DNA of 64,000 bases, taken from positions 5,456,001-5,520,000 of the forward strand of contig JBHGNT010000003.1 in NCBI GenBank assembly GCA_043228905.1. The letters are read 5' to 3'. The stretch comes from Azolla caroliniana. Its lineage: Eukaryota; Plantae; Polypodiophyta. The notes under the pieces were generated by a model. It worked only from the letters and a program-made list of their open reading frames with translations. It was not told the DNA's origin and searched no databases. Both the position numbers and the translations under genes were made by a program. Position 1 is the first letter of the stretch. Each line of letters starts with the position of its first letter. This document shows, piece by piece, positions 1 through 11,981 of the stretch.

Positions 1-1690
1 CTTTGGAGGTCATTACAGGGTATTAAAGACGACAGACTGTTAATATTTGTGCTATCTCGGGTTGTTGCCAAGGAATTCAACTTAGACGAGATGGTCACTG
101 AGTTGCAAAAGTAAGTACAAAAGTTATACTCTATAATTTGTTGCTTCATCTTTTCCATAGATTGTTAATTTCAAATTTCAAATTTATTTTATAGTCACAA
201 GGTATACATGAAGATTTAGGAACTCATGATGCAAAAATTGAGTTTACCTACATGGGAAGAAGTGGAGCAAGCGTGCCCGATAACTTCTTCCTACAAGGCA
301 CCGGAGGAATATTTTATTGTTTGTAGAGAATGGGTAGGTGTCATTTGAATTTAAATACATTGAAATTTTATGTTGTCCCTTGACAAAATCGATACTTGCA
401 GAAATCACCTCGATAAAAAAAAAGTATCTGATAGTAATGATGGCATTCCAAGTGCCTTTATCACACACTTAGAACATGCTAAGTATGAGAAGAGAATGAC
501 AAAGGAAAAGAGATGGAATTGCCAGAGGATTCGGAGACAGTGAAAAGTTTTTTGCATAGGTCTGATCCTCATAAACAGTTACATTACAGTGTATTCAATG
601 GGGAAGTGGCAAATATGCTCGAGTGATTACCGAGAAGGCACTACACATTGCTTATAGCTGACATACCATATGGATTCTGAATTACGGGATCAACATATGT
701 TGATGTGCCTTTCAAGAACCCCCCAGATCGAGAAGATGGTAAAGGACGTCGGAGAATTGACATTGGCCCCGTTATGGAGGATAATCATATTCCATAGCAT
801 GGGTCAATCATTATCAATCACAACAACTCTGAAGTCACAATGTCATGCCACCGAACACATGCATTGGTGTGTTACACTTTGTTTTTACACATTATGATAC
901 TTGTTTTTATATGTTTAAATTTTAACCTTTAAACCATTTCATTGGATTTATTTCTCAATAGGATTAAAATAAATATCACATGTAGCTTGATGACCGTATG
1001 GTTGCTGCGGTCGAACATTTTTGAGTGGGTTACTACGATTCAATAACAAAGAAGAAGGCTAGAGCACATGTGAACGAACGTAACATGGTGAATTATATCA
1101 TGTGCCTAGTTGTCAGAAAGAAATTATGACATGTTTCGGGTGATAAGAGTCTTGTGAACCCTTATAAAAAACCTCAAAGATTAATCAACCGCCTTCTAGA
1201 GCTCTTCTCGAACCCAAGCGATTGGGTTCTAGATTTGTTCTCTGACACAAGTATATAATGTAAATTTACTTAGATTTTTGTCAATCAAGTTTAAGACTAT
1301 AATTCTTATATGTACTTCTTCGCATCCATTCGGCTATTAGGTACTACTATAGCTTGTGCATTAAAGATGTTCCGAAACTGTGTTGCGTTGGAGAAGGACC
1401 CTGCACAAGTAAACTTCATCAAAATGAGGATGATAGGAATCTAGGACTATCCGGATCAAGATGAAGAAGTCAGAGCTAAGCACATCAATGAAATAGAGAC
1501 GTTCCAAATGACTTCACGAGAACCAATGGAACCAATTGATGAAGCAAGGGACCGTGTGGACCTAGAAGATGTAACGCAATTTGAAAATACGCAAGATTCA
1601 GGAGAGCATGGAGATGATACTAATGAGAACAATCTTGAACAATCAGATGTGCCTGAAGAGCCTAGTATACCAGATCAGCTTACAGATTGA
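1..1690 (+). pseudogene. Decayed intron-containing beta-class DNA N6-adenine/N4-cytosine methyltransferase (N6_N4_Mtase-like); 5' part lies outside the window
   Basis: Manual splicing at GT-AG introns 111-194, 334-401, 867-961 and 1251-1340 gives ...VFNGEVANMLE*LPRRHYTLLIADIPYGF (motif IV DIPY, 660-671) ...WIK.N...EHF*VGY ...VNPYKKPQRLINRLLELFSNPSDWVLDLFSDT|STTIACALKMFRNCVALEKD (motifs X/I/II), then an acidic tail ending at TGA 1690. Several stops and frameshifts. Confidence 0.8.
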
Positions 1691-3354
1691 TTTATATGGC
1701 ATAATGTATACTTTGAGGAGTTTTGAGAAATGTCTATCTTTGACTTTAGACTTGTTTGAATATGACATGAACAATAGAAATCATTTAAGGTTTAATTTAT
1801 TCATTGGTCCATTATCTCACTTCTTAATCATTTTTTGAATTATAAATTTTATATAAATAGGAATTGTCACCATGCTTTTTTCTAGTTTGGGGTATTAACA
1901 TGATATTATACTTACTCATTTCTTGTAGAATGATTGTATGATATTGATAATAGAAGGTGTCAAGCGACATACATTCAAAGGTTGTTGATTTCAAATAGTA
2001 GATAATTGACACTCTCATCAATTACATTGTGATGGATTATATTACAATATACAATAAAATTATCGATATACCATTCCCACAAGTGGGGTACTATTTTCTT
2101 CCTCAGCACTAAACCAGTTAATAAAATTTAACTAACGTATAGTTCTATTCTACAATTTAGATATGGATACGAAAAAAAGAGGTTTAGTATTCAAACTAGC
2201 ATACAGTTATACTCTATAATCTACATATGGATACACAAACAAGATGTATAGAATTCACCTTTTGTTTGGATTTTATTTAGTTATATATTCCACTATGTTT
2301 TCGTAAAACTGGTACGCATGCATTGTACATTTTCGAAATTATGCTAAATTATGGCATTTTTTAGCATCTCACCAACATCTAGCAAAAGAGAATATGACAT
2401 ATTACTTGTTCCACATGATCTGGTGTTAAGTAATAATTGAGACGGTGTCGCGGTATTCCACGGGTACGTGTAGGATCTTAGGCGGGACCGTGGGGGTCTT
2501 GGAATAGAAAGGGGTTAGGAGAAAGAAGAAGAGATTAACACAGAAGAGAAGTAGACCGAGTCGAGAATCACTGACAAGTTACCTTAAGAAAACCATCATA
2601 CCATTTACAAACATGGCCTTATAGGCCATATATAAACACCGTTAGATCAAACCCTAACCGGATAGGAAAAAAGAAGAATGAAACCATAAACTGAATATGG
2701 TGAAGAAGAACCCTAGACCAACCGAAACCCTAACGAAGAAGAGAGAGACTACCAAACCCTAGATCAAAGTGGTATACCCTTCTAACTCAAAATAGGCAAC
2801 CCCTTCACAAGAGACCCCTCCTTAATTTTATAGTCCAAGGAGTTAGGGACATTACAATGTGGGATAAATATCCCCCCTTTTTATTCTATACACATTTTCC
2901 TACTATACATGTGCACATGTTGTAGATCGCTGACTTGCCCATTCCATCTAGATTTCGCACCGTAGCCGGAAATCTTCACGACAATAGATTGCTTGCCTTC
3001 TCGGCATGGTTTCTGAATGCACAACTCTGAACCTCACGATGCTCAGATGGATTGCGTACATCAAGTAGTCTGTTAGTATTTTATTGTTCTGTTCAACTCA
3101 GTTATAATCTACTACTAATTATATTAGGCCAATTAGTCGATCACAGTATATTGTATCGTAGTTTGCATAATCAATTAGTTTGTATTCCATTTGTATTTCC
3201 ACAGTTTCTTGAAAGAATGTTCAACACTGTTCTGTTGTCGGTCACAGTAATCTAATGTTGATCGAACAACAACTCGTTTGAGCTAAAGGCGATCCAAAAG
3301 CTCTGGAACCAAATGTAGTGGGTCGCGATTGTGGATCGTTACCTTGTTAAGTTC

Positions 3355-3540
3355 TCAGTAATCAACACATAGACGGAACGAGCTATCTTTTTTCTTGACG
3401 AACAAGATTGGTGCCCTGGCTAGAGATCTTGAGTGACGAATGAACAGAGCACATCCAAATCTTCCTTGGATAACTCGTAGATTGGCCCAAAGGGAGGACA
3501 AGCACTGTCTTGGATGTCGACTGGACAGTCGTACAACCAA
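3355..3540 (-). pseudogene. Short chromovirus-type reverse transcriptase remnant
   Basis: Reads [29 protein letters not shown], matching [29 protein letters not shown] in the element at ~30420. Confidence 0.7.
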
Positions 3541-3922
3541 TGCTCTAACAATCGATCAACATTCCGTTTCTCAAAGACATCAATGAACTCCTAATGTTTT
3601 GAAAGAATTGAGTTTGAAGGTTTGATCATCGTAGCAATTTCACCTGAAAGGGTAAAGCACCAGTGTCACGAATAACTTTCACAATACTATTAGCTTTGCC
3701 CATCCGAGTTGTGAAGTTGAGGGATTGTCTACGCCAATCCACAATGGGATTGTGTGTCGCTAACCAAGAAAACCCTAGAATGACAAGATGCTAAGGGGAA
3801 AAAATTAGATCGAATGCAAACATTTCCCGATGAGATCCGGTTATGAGCTCTAGTGGAATCGTTTCTTCTATGATAGCACCCAACAAGAGTGGTCATCCTA
3901 GGCTTTGTTTTGATGACCTTAG

Positions 3923-4359
3923 TGTTACCAGTTAGGAACACAGTCCACCCTTAGTCCTTCGGGGTAGCTTACAAGGTGATCGTGGTGCAAGGGAGTAAGG
4001 ATGCGTAGTGTGTGATTTATAAGGCGTAAGGGGAAGACGTCTACAACCTAACCTCCATAGGGGCGTAGCACCCAACCTGTACTTACCTTATGTTTACTGC
4101 AACACAGTCTTGTACGGACACAAGCGACCACTAGAACAATAGACAGAATACCAAGATCAGAAAAGATAAAACTGTATTAAAATGAAGCTCTCATAATACG
4201 CTAGCTCTTTACAATGGTCTCTCGCTCCTCATATACACAGAGCTTCTAATCGGTTATGCTCCCTGCGTACAACCGTTACACGCGTTACTTTAACGCTCCT
4301 AATATAATACTCTATTCTCCATGCATTATGTCCGGCGGTTACAATTCCAACGGACAACA
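3923..4359 (-). repeat. 3' LTR of gypsy B
   Basis: TGTTACC...GGACAACA termini; similar to the LTRs at 45213-45695 and 55500-55975. Confidence 0.8.
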
Positions 4360-4409
4360 CCCGACATGCCTGTGGCACAGTGCCATGGCATGTTGAACCC
4401 ATCCGCTTC

Positions 4410-6854
4410 CTATTCGTCGCCCAAAATGTCGAGGATGTTCAGCTCCGGCTACGGCTCTTCTTGGCGTGGGCAGGCATTTGAGCGCTACTCTTCTCTACTC
4501 ATAACGTCTGTGGGGTTGATGGGTGTAGTTGCTACTCTTCTCTACTCATTTGGGTTAGGTTAGGGCTCGTTTTGTTCGGCGGTGTCGCTGTCTAGTACTG
4601 TTATTGTTTCCGCCCTTTTCAATTCCTCCACCCTCTGGCTCTTGCTGTCGAGCTCCATTAACTAGTGGAAGATTTCTTCCTGACTTTCCCCGAAGTCTTC
4701 TAACAGTTGCGTGAGTTCTTCAGAGTGTTGGTCGGCTAGCGTTTGATAATCCTGCGCGAGGTACTCTCGTACCGCCACAATGCTTTCCTCATTTAACTTG
4801 TAGAAGCCTCTGCCGTCTTTGCGGCGGTTCTCCCAATCCATCCAGTAGGTGTGCAATTCCATTGCTTGCGTAGCCCATGTCGCCCATCCTTTGTCCAACA
4901 TTGCTTTCAACTGCGTTGTAAACTGCTCACGATTTGTTTGAAGGAGGACATGTACATTGTCCGTTAGCATTTGGGAGCGGGCTTGCGCTTCATCCAAGGC
5001 CTTCTTGAGGTTTTCGATGTTACGCTTATTGGCCGTTGTTGCTTCCTTATAGCGGTTCTTCATCTTTGCCCATATTTGGGACTCCTTTAAGTGTAGTTCT
5101 TCGAGTCGTCCCATTTCACTGTTCAAGCAGATTTCTACCTGATGCGTTTGTTCATGTTCATGCACGAGCTGTTCATTGTACCACACTTTCTATTAACTCG
5201 TGAAGCCCCGTAATGATGGCCTCTGTCTTCTTTGCTTCCTCCTACAACTTTCTTTTTTCTTCCTTTGTGCTGGTATGGGCTGCTATCTCTGCGTCGGCCT
5301 TATCCTCAAGTGCTTTGGCTACCCTCCGTCCTTTGGCCCTGATATCCGCTTCTCTGTCTGATGACTAGCGGAGTTCTGCGCGGAGTCGGTCGATCTTGGT
5401 CTCGACTAACTACGTAGCCCTTTTCGCTTTTGCGACTATGGAGATTTGAGCTTCAACCTCCTCCCGTAAAATGTTCAACTCTTTATCATTGGGGGTAGGT
5501 CCGGGGATATGTTGCGTCGTTGTCGTGTTGCTTTCTAATTGCGCAATGCCCTCTTGTGCCTTTTGCAGTTAGTCTTGAGTCAGCTTGACTTTCTTCTAGA
5601 CATTTTTTTTTTAATAGCCATATCCTTGGCGCCCACACTGACTCTCGCCAATTCTCTATGCACCTCGACCAGGGTCGCATGTAATGGAGGTAATTCGATG
5701 CCCATATGGCGAATTCCCACGTTACGCTCCCTGCCTACCTTGGCAAGGGGCCTCTCATCTTTGCTTTCCGCCGTGCTTGTGAGCGCACGCTCAATAATTT
5801 GTTGTTTAGCGTGCTCCTCAGCCATTGTCTGGGACACCTTGATCTGTTGTGTCACCAAGAATTCCATGAGTTTGTATGTCGTTCCAAACTGCAATAGTGC
5901 ACCGAACTCATGGGCCGTATCTGGAATGTCCAAATATTTTAGGACTTCTCTTTATGCTATGAGCACTCCTTTGCCACGTTGAGACTGAGCCGTAATGATT
6001 GGCTATGGCTCACTGTTTATCTCGAATGTAGTTGTGGGCTCTGTGGGGGTGGAAGTTTCATTTGGTGCGGCTGTATCTTTTACTAGTCCGCGCCCATCCT
6101 TCCGATCTAGCCTACGACGTTTAGGCTTTGGGCTTCCGCGGTTGTGTTCCGGTTCCTGCTCACTCTTTGTTGTCGGTGCTTCGACGGTCTCTACTGGTTG
6201 TTCCGGTTGCTTTGGTTCCACGACGAGGTCGGAAGGCTGTGGTTCTTCTTCCCATTCCGTGGTTGCCAGGTCCACTAGTCGTCGTTTTGCTGATCGTGAC
6301 GGGGGCGTAGGTTTGCTAGTCGGTGGGGCGGGAAGTCCACGCGGTGGAAACAATATCGTATGGTACTGTTGAATGATCAACCTTAGCTTTTTTCCGGCTT
6401 GGTATGCGTGTAGTCCCTCTCGCAGCGTTGATCCCGTAATTACTCCCCAATCTACTGCGTGACCTTCAAATGTGTCGATGATAATGCCTGCCTTTTGTTT
6501 CGGCATCCCGTAGGTGTTAACATGTATGCATTCGACTTCCAGTAGGAACTTTGCAATCTCCCGAAAAAATGGATTCGGGATTTTGTTTGTTCTGTATGCC
6601 TTGGCAGATGTCGAATATTGTCCAAAATACTTCTCCAATTTGTCGGATGGAGGAATTTCGAAGTGATTCTCACCCGTTGTAGACAAAAACAACTTCTTCC
6701 AGATACTAGCATTTGTCACCGTGTCGATGTTGAGCTTCATGGCGATGTCTTGGGCATCAGGGTGCGGTGGCGCTTCTGCTACCCGAATGTACCCCTCAAA
6801 CCCCTTTTCCAGGAGCCACCTGCGCAAGGGTGCCGAGATGGTGATCGGCATCAT
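4410..6854 (-). pseudogene. Extra 3' ORF of gypsy B (globular N-terminal domain, Pro-rich linker, coiled coil), disrupted
   Basis: ORF pieces 6003-6854, 5580-5933 and 4662-5186 align by eye with 16004-19077. Ends ELNILDILGDE*. Confidence 0.75.
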
Positions 6855-9379
6855 GGGTGGACAAGATTTGTGTGGAACGGGTGAAGCACGTGAGCTGCAT
6901 TGTGCGTGGTGCCTGTGGTATGCACGAGGGCAAGGAGAGCGAGGAGCACAAGGAGAGAGAAGGCTGGAGGCTATTTTCTGTAATGTGCAGAAAACCTTTT
7001 GTTTCCTTCTTTTTGTGCCTTAGGGTTCATAGGCCTGTGTGACATCGTGGTGACACGTGTTCTTGGTTTTGGGATTTGTGCATGCATAAAGTCCTTTTAA
7101 TAGTCATGAATATCTTCTCTCTCTTTTTTTCTTTTTTTTTTCAATAGTAAAGTACAACATTACTGTTTCATTTGTTACTAGTGGGTCCCGGCTATTGGTT
7201 AGTGTGGGATCCATTCACCGTCTCCGTTACGGCGTGAAACGGGTTTGGGGACGTAGATCCCATGTAAGGCTTCAATCAGAATCCGTTCACTTTTTGGCGT
7301 AATACTTCTCCGGAGAGGGTACCTAATTGAAAGGTCCCATTTTCTGCCCCAATTATCTAGTACGGCCCTGTCCAGCTGAATCGTAACTTTCCGGGCATTA
7401 GCCCCATGTGTGTTTGAAACACCAGTATGACTTTCCCAACCTTGAAGTGTTTCTCTCGTGTGCCCCGATGTCGATCTACGAACGCCTTACGCCGTCACTA
7501 CTCTTGTTCCAATATGGCCATGTTGTGGACCCGAGCTTTGCCTAGTTCGAGAAGTTGTTGCAGCCGGGTCTGCTCGGACTAGCCTTCCGGCAGTCTGTCG
7601 CGTACTTGAATCCGCAAACTGGGTACCTGGAATTCGTTACGGCCTCTAACCCAAACGCTAACCGGAAAGGTGTGGGTTGTATACTCGTTTTGTACCTCGT
7701 TCGGTATGCCCACAAGGCATTGTGCAGATTTGTGTCCCACTTTGTTCTATTCTCATTCATTATCTTTTTCAGGATAGTCTGTAGTGTCTTATTCGTGGAT
7801 TCTGCTAACCCATTTGCATGTGGGCAATATGTTGTACTCTTCTTGTGTACTACGACGTAATGGTTCGCGAGTTCGTGGATGACCAAATTCAAGAAATGGC
7901 TCCCTTGGTCGCTTATGAGCTCTATTGGGCAACCAAAACGGCATCAGATGTGTTCATAAAGGAATATTGCCGTGGACGTTGCATTATTGTCCCGTAATGG
8001 TTTGGCTTCTACCCACTTTGTGCAGTAATCTATCTCCACGAGAATGTATTTGTTGCATCTCCGTGCTGATGCCGGTGTAAAGGGACCGACAAAATCGAGA
8101 CCCCATTTTTGAAACAGGTCAAGCGGGAGTACTGGTTGGTCAGGCATTCTTGCAAGCTCCGTAGGTTGCCCCAAGTGTCGACATAGATCACATTCTTCTC
8201 TGTGGAGAATAGCACGGAATATTGCTCTGCCACAACCGACTAATGAATCACTTCAATGAGAATGAAACACAGAAATGGGAAGTAAAGAGTACACAAAATG
8301 TTTACGTGGAAAACCATAATGGGAAAAACCACGGGAGCCCACTGACTCCAAGTTATCACTATATATAGGAAAGATACAATCAGACACTCGGAGGTAATGA
8401 CCTTGAGCTCTATATCTTCACCAATCGGTAGTTACAACAGAGTATAACTCTGTATTTCCTATCTCTCTATACAACAATATGACAACCACACATAAAGTGA
8501 TTGCCCTAAGTCATATTTATACTTATATGAACACAGGGCTATTTACAAATATAGCCTCAATAGGCTTACTCAAAACATATTTACAAATATGTCTTCTCTT
8601 CCGGTTCTCACTAGGTCCATCCTATTCGGGTTCTGGATCTCTTCCGGTTCTCACCGGGTCCTCTTCATTCATAACTAGATCCCATCCAGAGGGACCGAAT
8701 TCCCAACAATCTCCCCTTCACTCCGGCATGAGATGTCTCGTCAGCCCGATCCGCTTTCAACACACATCCAGCTTGTCGGTTGTCAACACCTTGGTCAACA
8801 TATTTGACCCGTTCTCCTCCGTGTGAATCTTCATCAGAATGAACTCTTGATCTTCTACTCTCTCCCGGATTCAGTGGTACCTCCTCTGGATATGTTTCGT
8901 CCGGGAATGGTAGGATGCGTTCTTTGCAGGGTGAATGGCACTTGGACTGTCGCAAAAGAGCCGGTATTCCTCTTGTTGGATTCCTAGCTCTCCGATGAAG
9001 TCCTTCATCTAGATTATCTCCTTGCCGGCTTCCACAGATGCCATGTACTTTGCCTTCGTGGTTGATAACACAACCATCTTCTGCAGCCTCAATTGCCACG
9101 AAATAGCTCCCCCCCTGCATAAGTCATGCCATATCCGGATGTTGTCCGGCTGGTATCCGCATCAGCCGACATATCTGAATCCGTAAATCCGTCAAATTGG
9201 GGATTACTGGAGTTGAACTAGAGGCACATACTCGAGGTGCCTTTCAGATACCGGAGTATCCACTTGACCGCATTCCAGTGCTCTTTTCCAGGATTGCTCA
9301 TGAACTGGCTCACCACTCCGACCGCATATCCGATATCCGGCCGGGTACATACGATCGCGTACATCAAGCTTCCGACGGT

Positions 9380-9836
9380 TGTTGTCTAGAGGACAGAAAT
9401 GTAAAATTAGGAAATTAGCAAACGCCTAGTCCGAGTATCACGGGCCACTGACGGCTCGGCTGTGTATTAGGGGAAAAGTTATTTAAACGAGGACCAGTAC
9501 CTTAGAGTGGAGGGAGAAGAAAAATATAGGCGGAAGCACTAGCTTAGTCCCTCGTAACTAGATAAACTTGTAAGGTCACCGGCTATAGGCCGTGTTCTAT
9601 AATCTTTTCTGTCATAGTAATATATCGGATTTGTGCCCATTTTGCTCCATGAGTCTATGCTTTGATTCATACTTATGATTTGAGCGCCGTCCACGCCTGT
9701 CCAGATCTCGTTAGTGTTTTCTCTCTAAGCATTGTCTCTCCCTCGACGCCTCTGTTACGAGCCTTCACGTACCACGCCCTTGAATACCGATAGCCGCAGA
9801 TCTATCGAAGGTGTTCACCCAAAGGAACGGGTAACA
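9380..9836 (+). repeat. 5' LTR of gypsy A
   Basis: TGTTGTC...GGTAACA; near-identical copy at 19176-19632. Confidence 0.95.
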
Positions 9837-9841
9837 CAATT

Positions 9842-9854
9842 TGGCACGCCCGGT
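9842..9854 (+). promoter_or_regulatory. Primer-binding site, tRNA-Arg-like (second copy at 10056-10068)
   Basis: TGGCACGCCCGGT lies 5 nt after the LTR end. The tRNA-Arg assignment is from recall of plant tRNA 3' ends. Confidence 0.7.
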
Positions 9855-10241
9855 TACAGCTGTGAGTGCACAACGAACTTCGTTCAAGGTAACCACCAGC
9901 TGTCGTTACAGCGCCCTCTCGCACCATGAGGTCTCGACCACCCGCCCGACGCCCTGAGCCAATCGAAGGAACTTCCGACTCGGCTGTCACTGACCAATCC
10001 AAACATGTTCACCCAAAGGAACGGGTGTTCACCCAAAGGAACAGGTAACACAATTTGGCACGCCCGGTTACAGCTGTGAGTGCACAACGAACTTCTTTGA
10101 AGGTAACCACCAACCGCCGTTACAGCGCCCTCTCGCACCACGAGGTTTCGGCCACCCGCCCGACGCCCTGAGCCAGTCGAAGGAACTTCCGACTCGGCTG
10201 TCACTGACCAATCCTTTCTTGATCAATCCGAGGCTTGTCCA

Positions 10242-11981
10242 GTGCAATCCTCGTCACCGAACACTCGATCGCGAGTTGATTCACCACCAAAACCCTCGTC
10301 GAGCCCTTCGGAGGTCAATCAACCGGAACTAAACCCTTTTGCGGTGCTACTAGAAGACCCACAGTACGACATCATGCCGTACCCATACCCACGATACACC
10401 GACGGACCAGACGCGGAGTCACACATCCGTGCCTTCATATCAACGTGGCAAGCTAACCACTCCACGCACCGCCTCACGCCGGCCGAAATCGATGCCTCAA
10501 AGATTGCTGAGTTCACACTCTCCCTCGATGGACCGGCCGCACGATGGTACTCTCGCCTCGAAATAGGAGAGGCCACCACTTTCCAAATCGTGCGCACAAA
10601 GTTCCTTGAACTTTTTCATCGCGAGGTGCCTAAATGGGAACTGCTCCGGCAATTCTTCTCTATATGCCAGGAACCGCACGAAACGGTCGCGCAGTTCACG
10701 ATCCGGTTCCAGGATCTCTACAGACAAGTGGCCGACGATGTCTCGGCACAACATATACCAGACACTTTCCTATCCAGTTTACGAGAGCCTCTATGAACGA
10801 CTCTCGCACTTACAAATTTCGCCAACCATAATATCGAACAAGTCATAGCGCGCGTTCTCGTCCTCGATCGGAACCAGCACGGCGCGGCCTTCTCGATGAC
10901 ATCCTTGCAAAACGGTCTTCCCCAAGAGGACAATCGCTTTCGCCAAGCCCTCCAATGCACGGCGTGTTCAGGATCAGGGCACCTGGCCCTCGAATGTCCC
11001 CACCGGCCACAGTGTTCGATCTGTCAGTCTCGAGCTCACATGGTCGAGCAGTGCGAATATAATATGCTGAACCGCACAACGGCGGCACCGGTCCGCCAGA
11101 TCGAGCCACGAAATACATACTCTCGGCAGGACGAGCGTTATATCTACCAAGACCAGGATAACGACCGACCGCGATCCCCGGATCGACGGTGCCGAGACGA
11201 CGATTACCGACGTGATGACCGCCGTGATCATTATCGCGATGACCGGCACGACGATTATGCTCGATATGGTGATGATCGCGATGACCGGTATGACCGAAGG
11301 AACTCACGCATTGATCGGCGAAACGGCAACCGCAACACACGCAACAATAGAAGACCTAATGACAACCGCCGACGGGACGCTCCTCAAAATGAACAGCGCA
11401 ACTCCAATGCACCTCGGAACAACCCACCACCAAATGAGACCGAGAATCAACAACAACAGCTTGCACACAATGACCAAGCGGACACCAGCAGCTCGGCCAA
11501 CGTGACATGTTTTAAATGTAATCAACCAGGCCACTATGCCATGCAATGTCCGACAACCAACCGTGGCAAGGCACCCGCGGTGAACAGTATCATGGCCGAT
11601 GTTCAAACGGTCACTACCCGGAGTAAAGCGCAAACTACTCAGTGGCAAATCCAGGATGAAGTACGTCAGGTAGCAAAAGAATGGATCGACACGGCCAATA
11701 AAAATAATGTCGTACGCATGCAAACTGACATGAGAGACGGGCCCAGTGAAGTACCACAAACCTTGGCACCATCCACGTCGTCGGAGGAAGACCAACTATG
11801 GGATGTTCTTACCAACTCCCGCATCTTGTTGTCCCTACATAAACTGTTACCACTCATGCCGAGATTTCGGGACACCCTGGCGGCACTCCAGGCCAATAGT
11901 AAGCCGGTGACGCCACCGGTACACCTCACCAAAGCAGGAACCGGTCCACCACTCATGGATTCTCAGAACCCAGCCGTGTGA
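10242..11981 (+). pseudogene. gag: Gag of gypsy A (capsid-like domain, three CCHC knuckles, RD-rich region); in-frame TGA at 10794
   Basis: LDGPAARWY and QEPHETVAQF capsid-like motifs. Knuckles CTACSGSGHLALEC, CSICQSRAHMVEQC and CFKCNQPGHYAMQC. Confidence 0.9.

Larger units (their letters stand above)
3923..8200 (-). mobile_element. Gypsy B: 3' half of a non-chromovirus (Phygy/Athila-like) LTR retrotransposon (integrase, extra ORF, 3' LTR)
   Basis: Integrase fragments WGLDFVGP, DYCTKWVEA and HANGLAESTNK at ~7200-8200. Broken extra ORF at 4410-6854. LTR at 3923-4359. Cut at 8200 by a copia LTR. Confidence 0.85.

Noticed and set aside
2649-2762. Interstitial telomere
   Set aside because: Only dispersed AAACCCTA motifs, not a tandem array.
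2928-3920. Possible additional LTR or host exon
   Set aside because: No partner repeat, TSD or protein motif apart from the short RT remnant.
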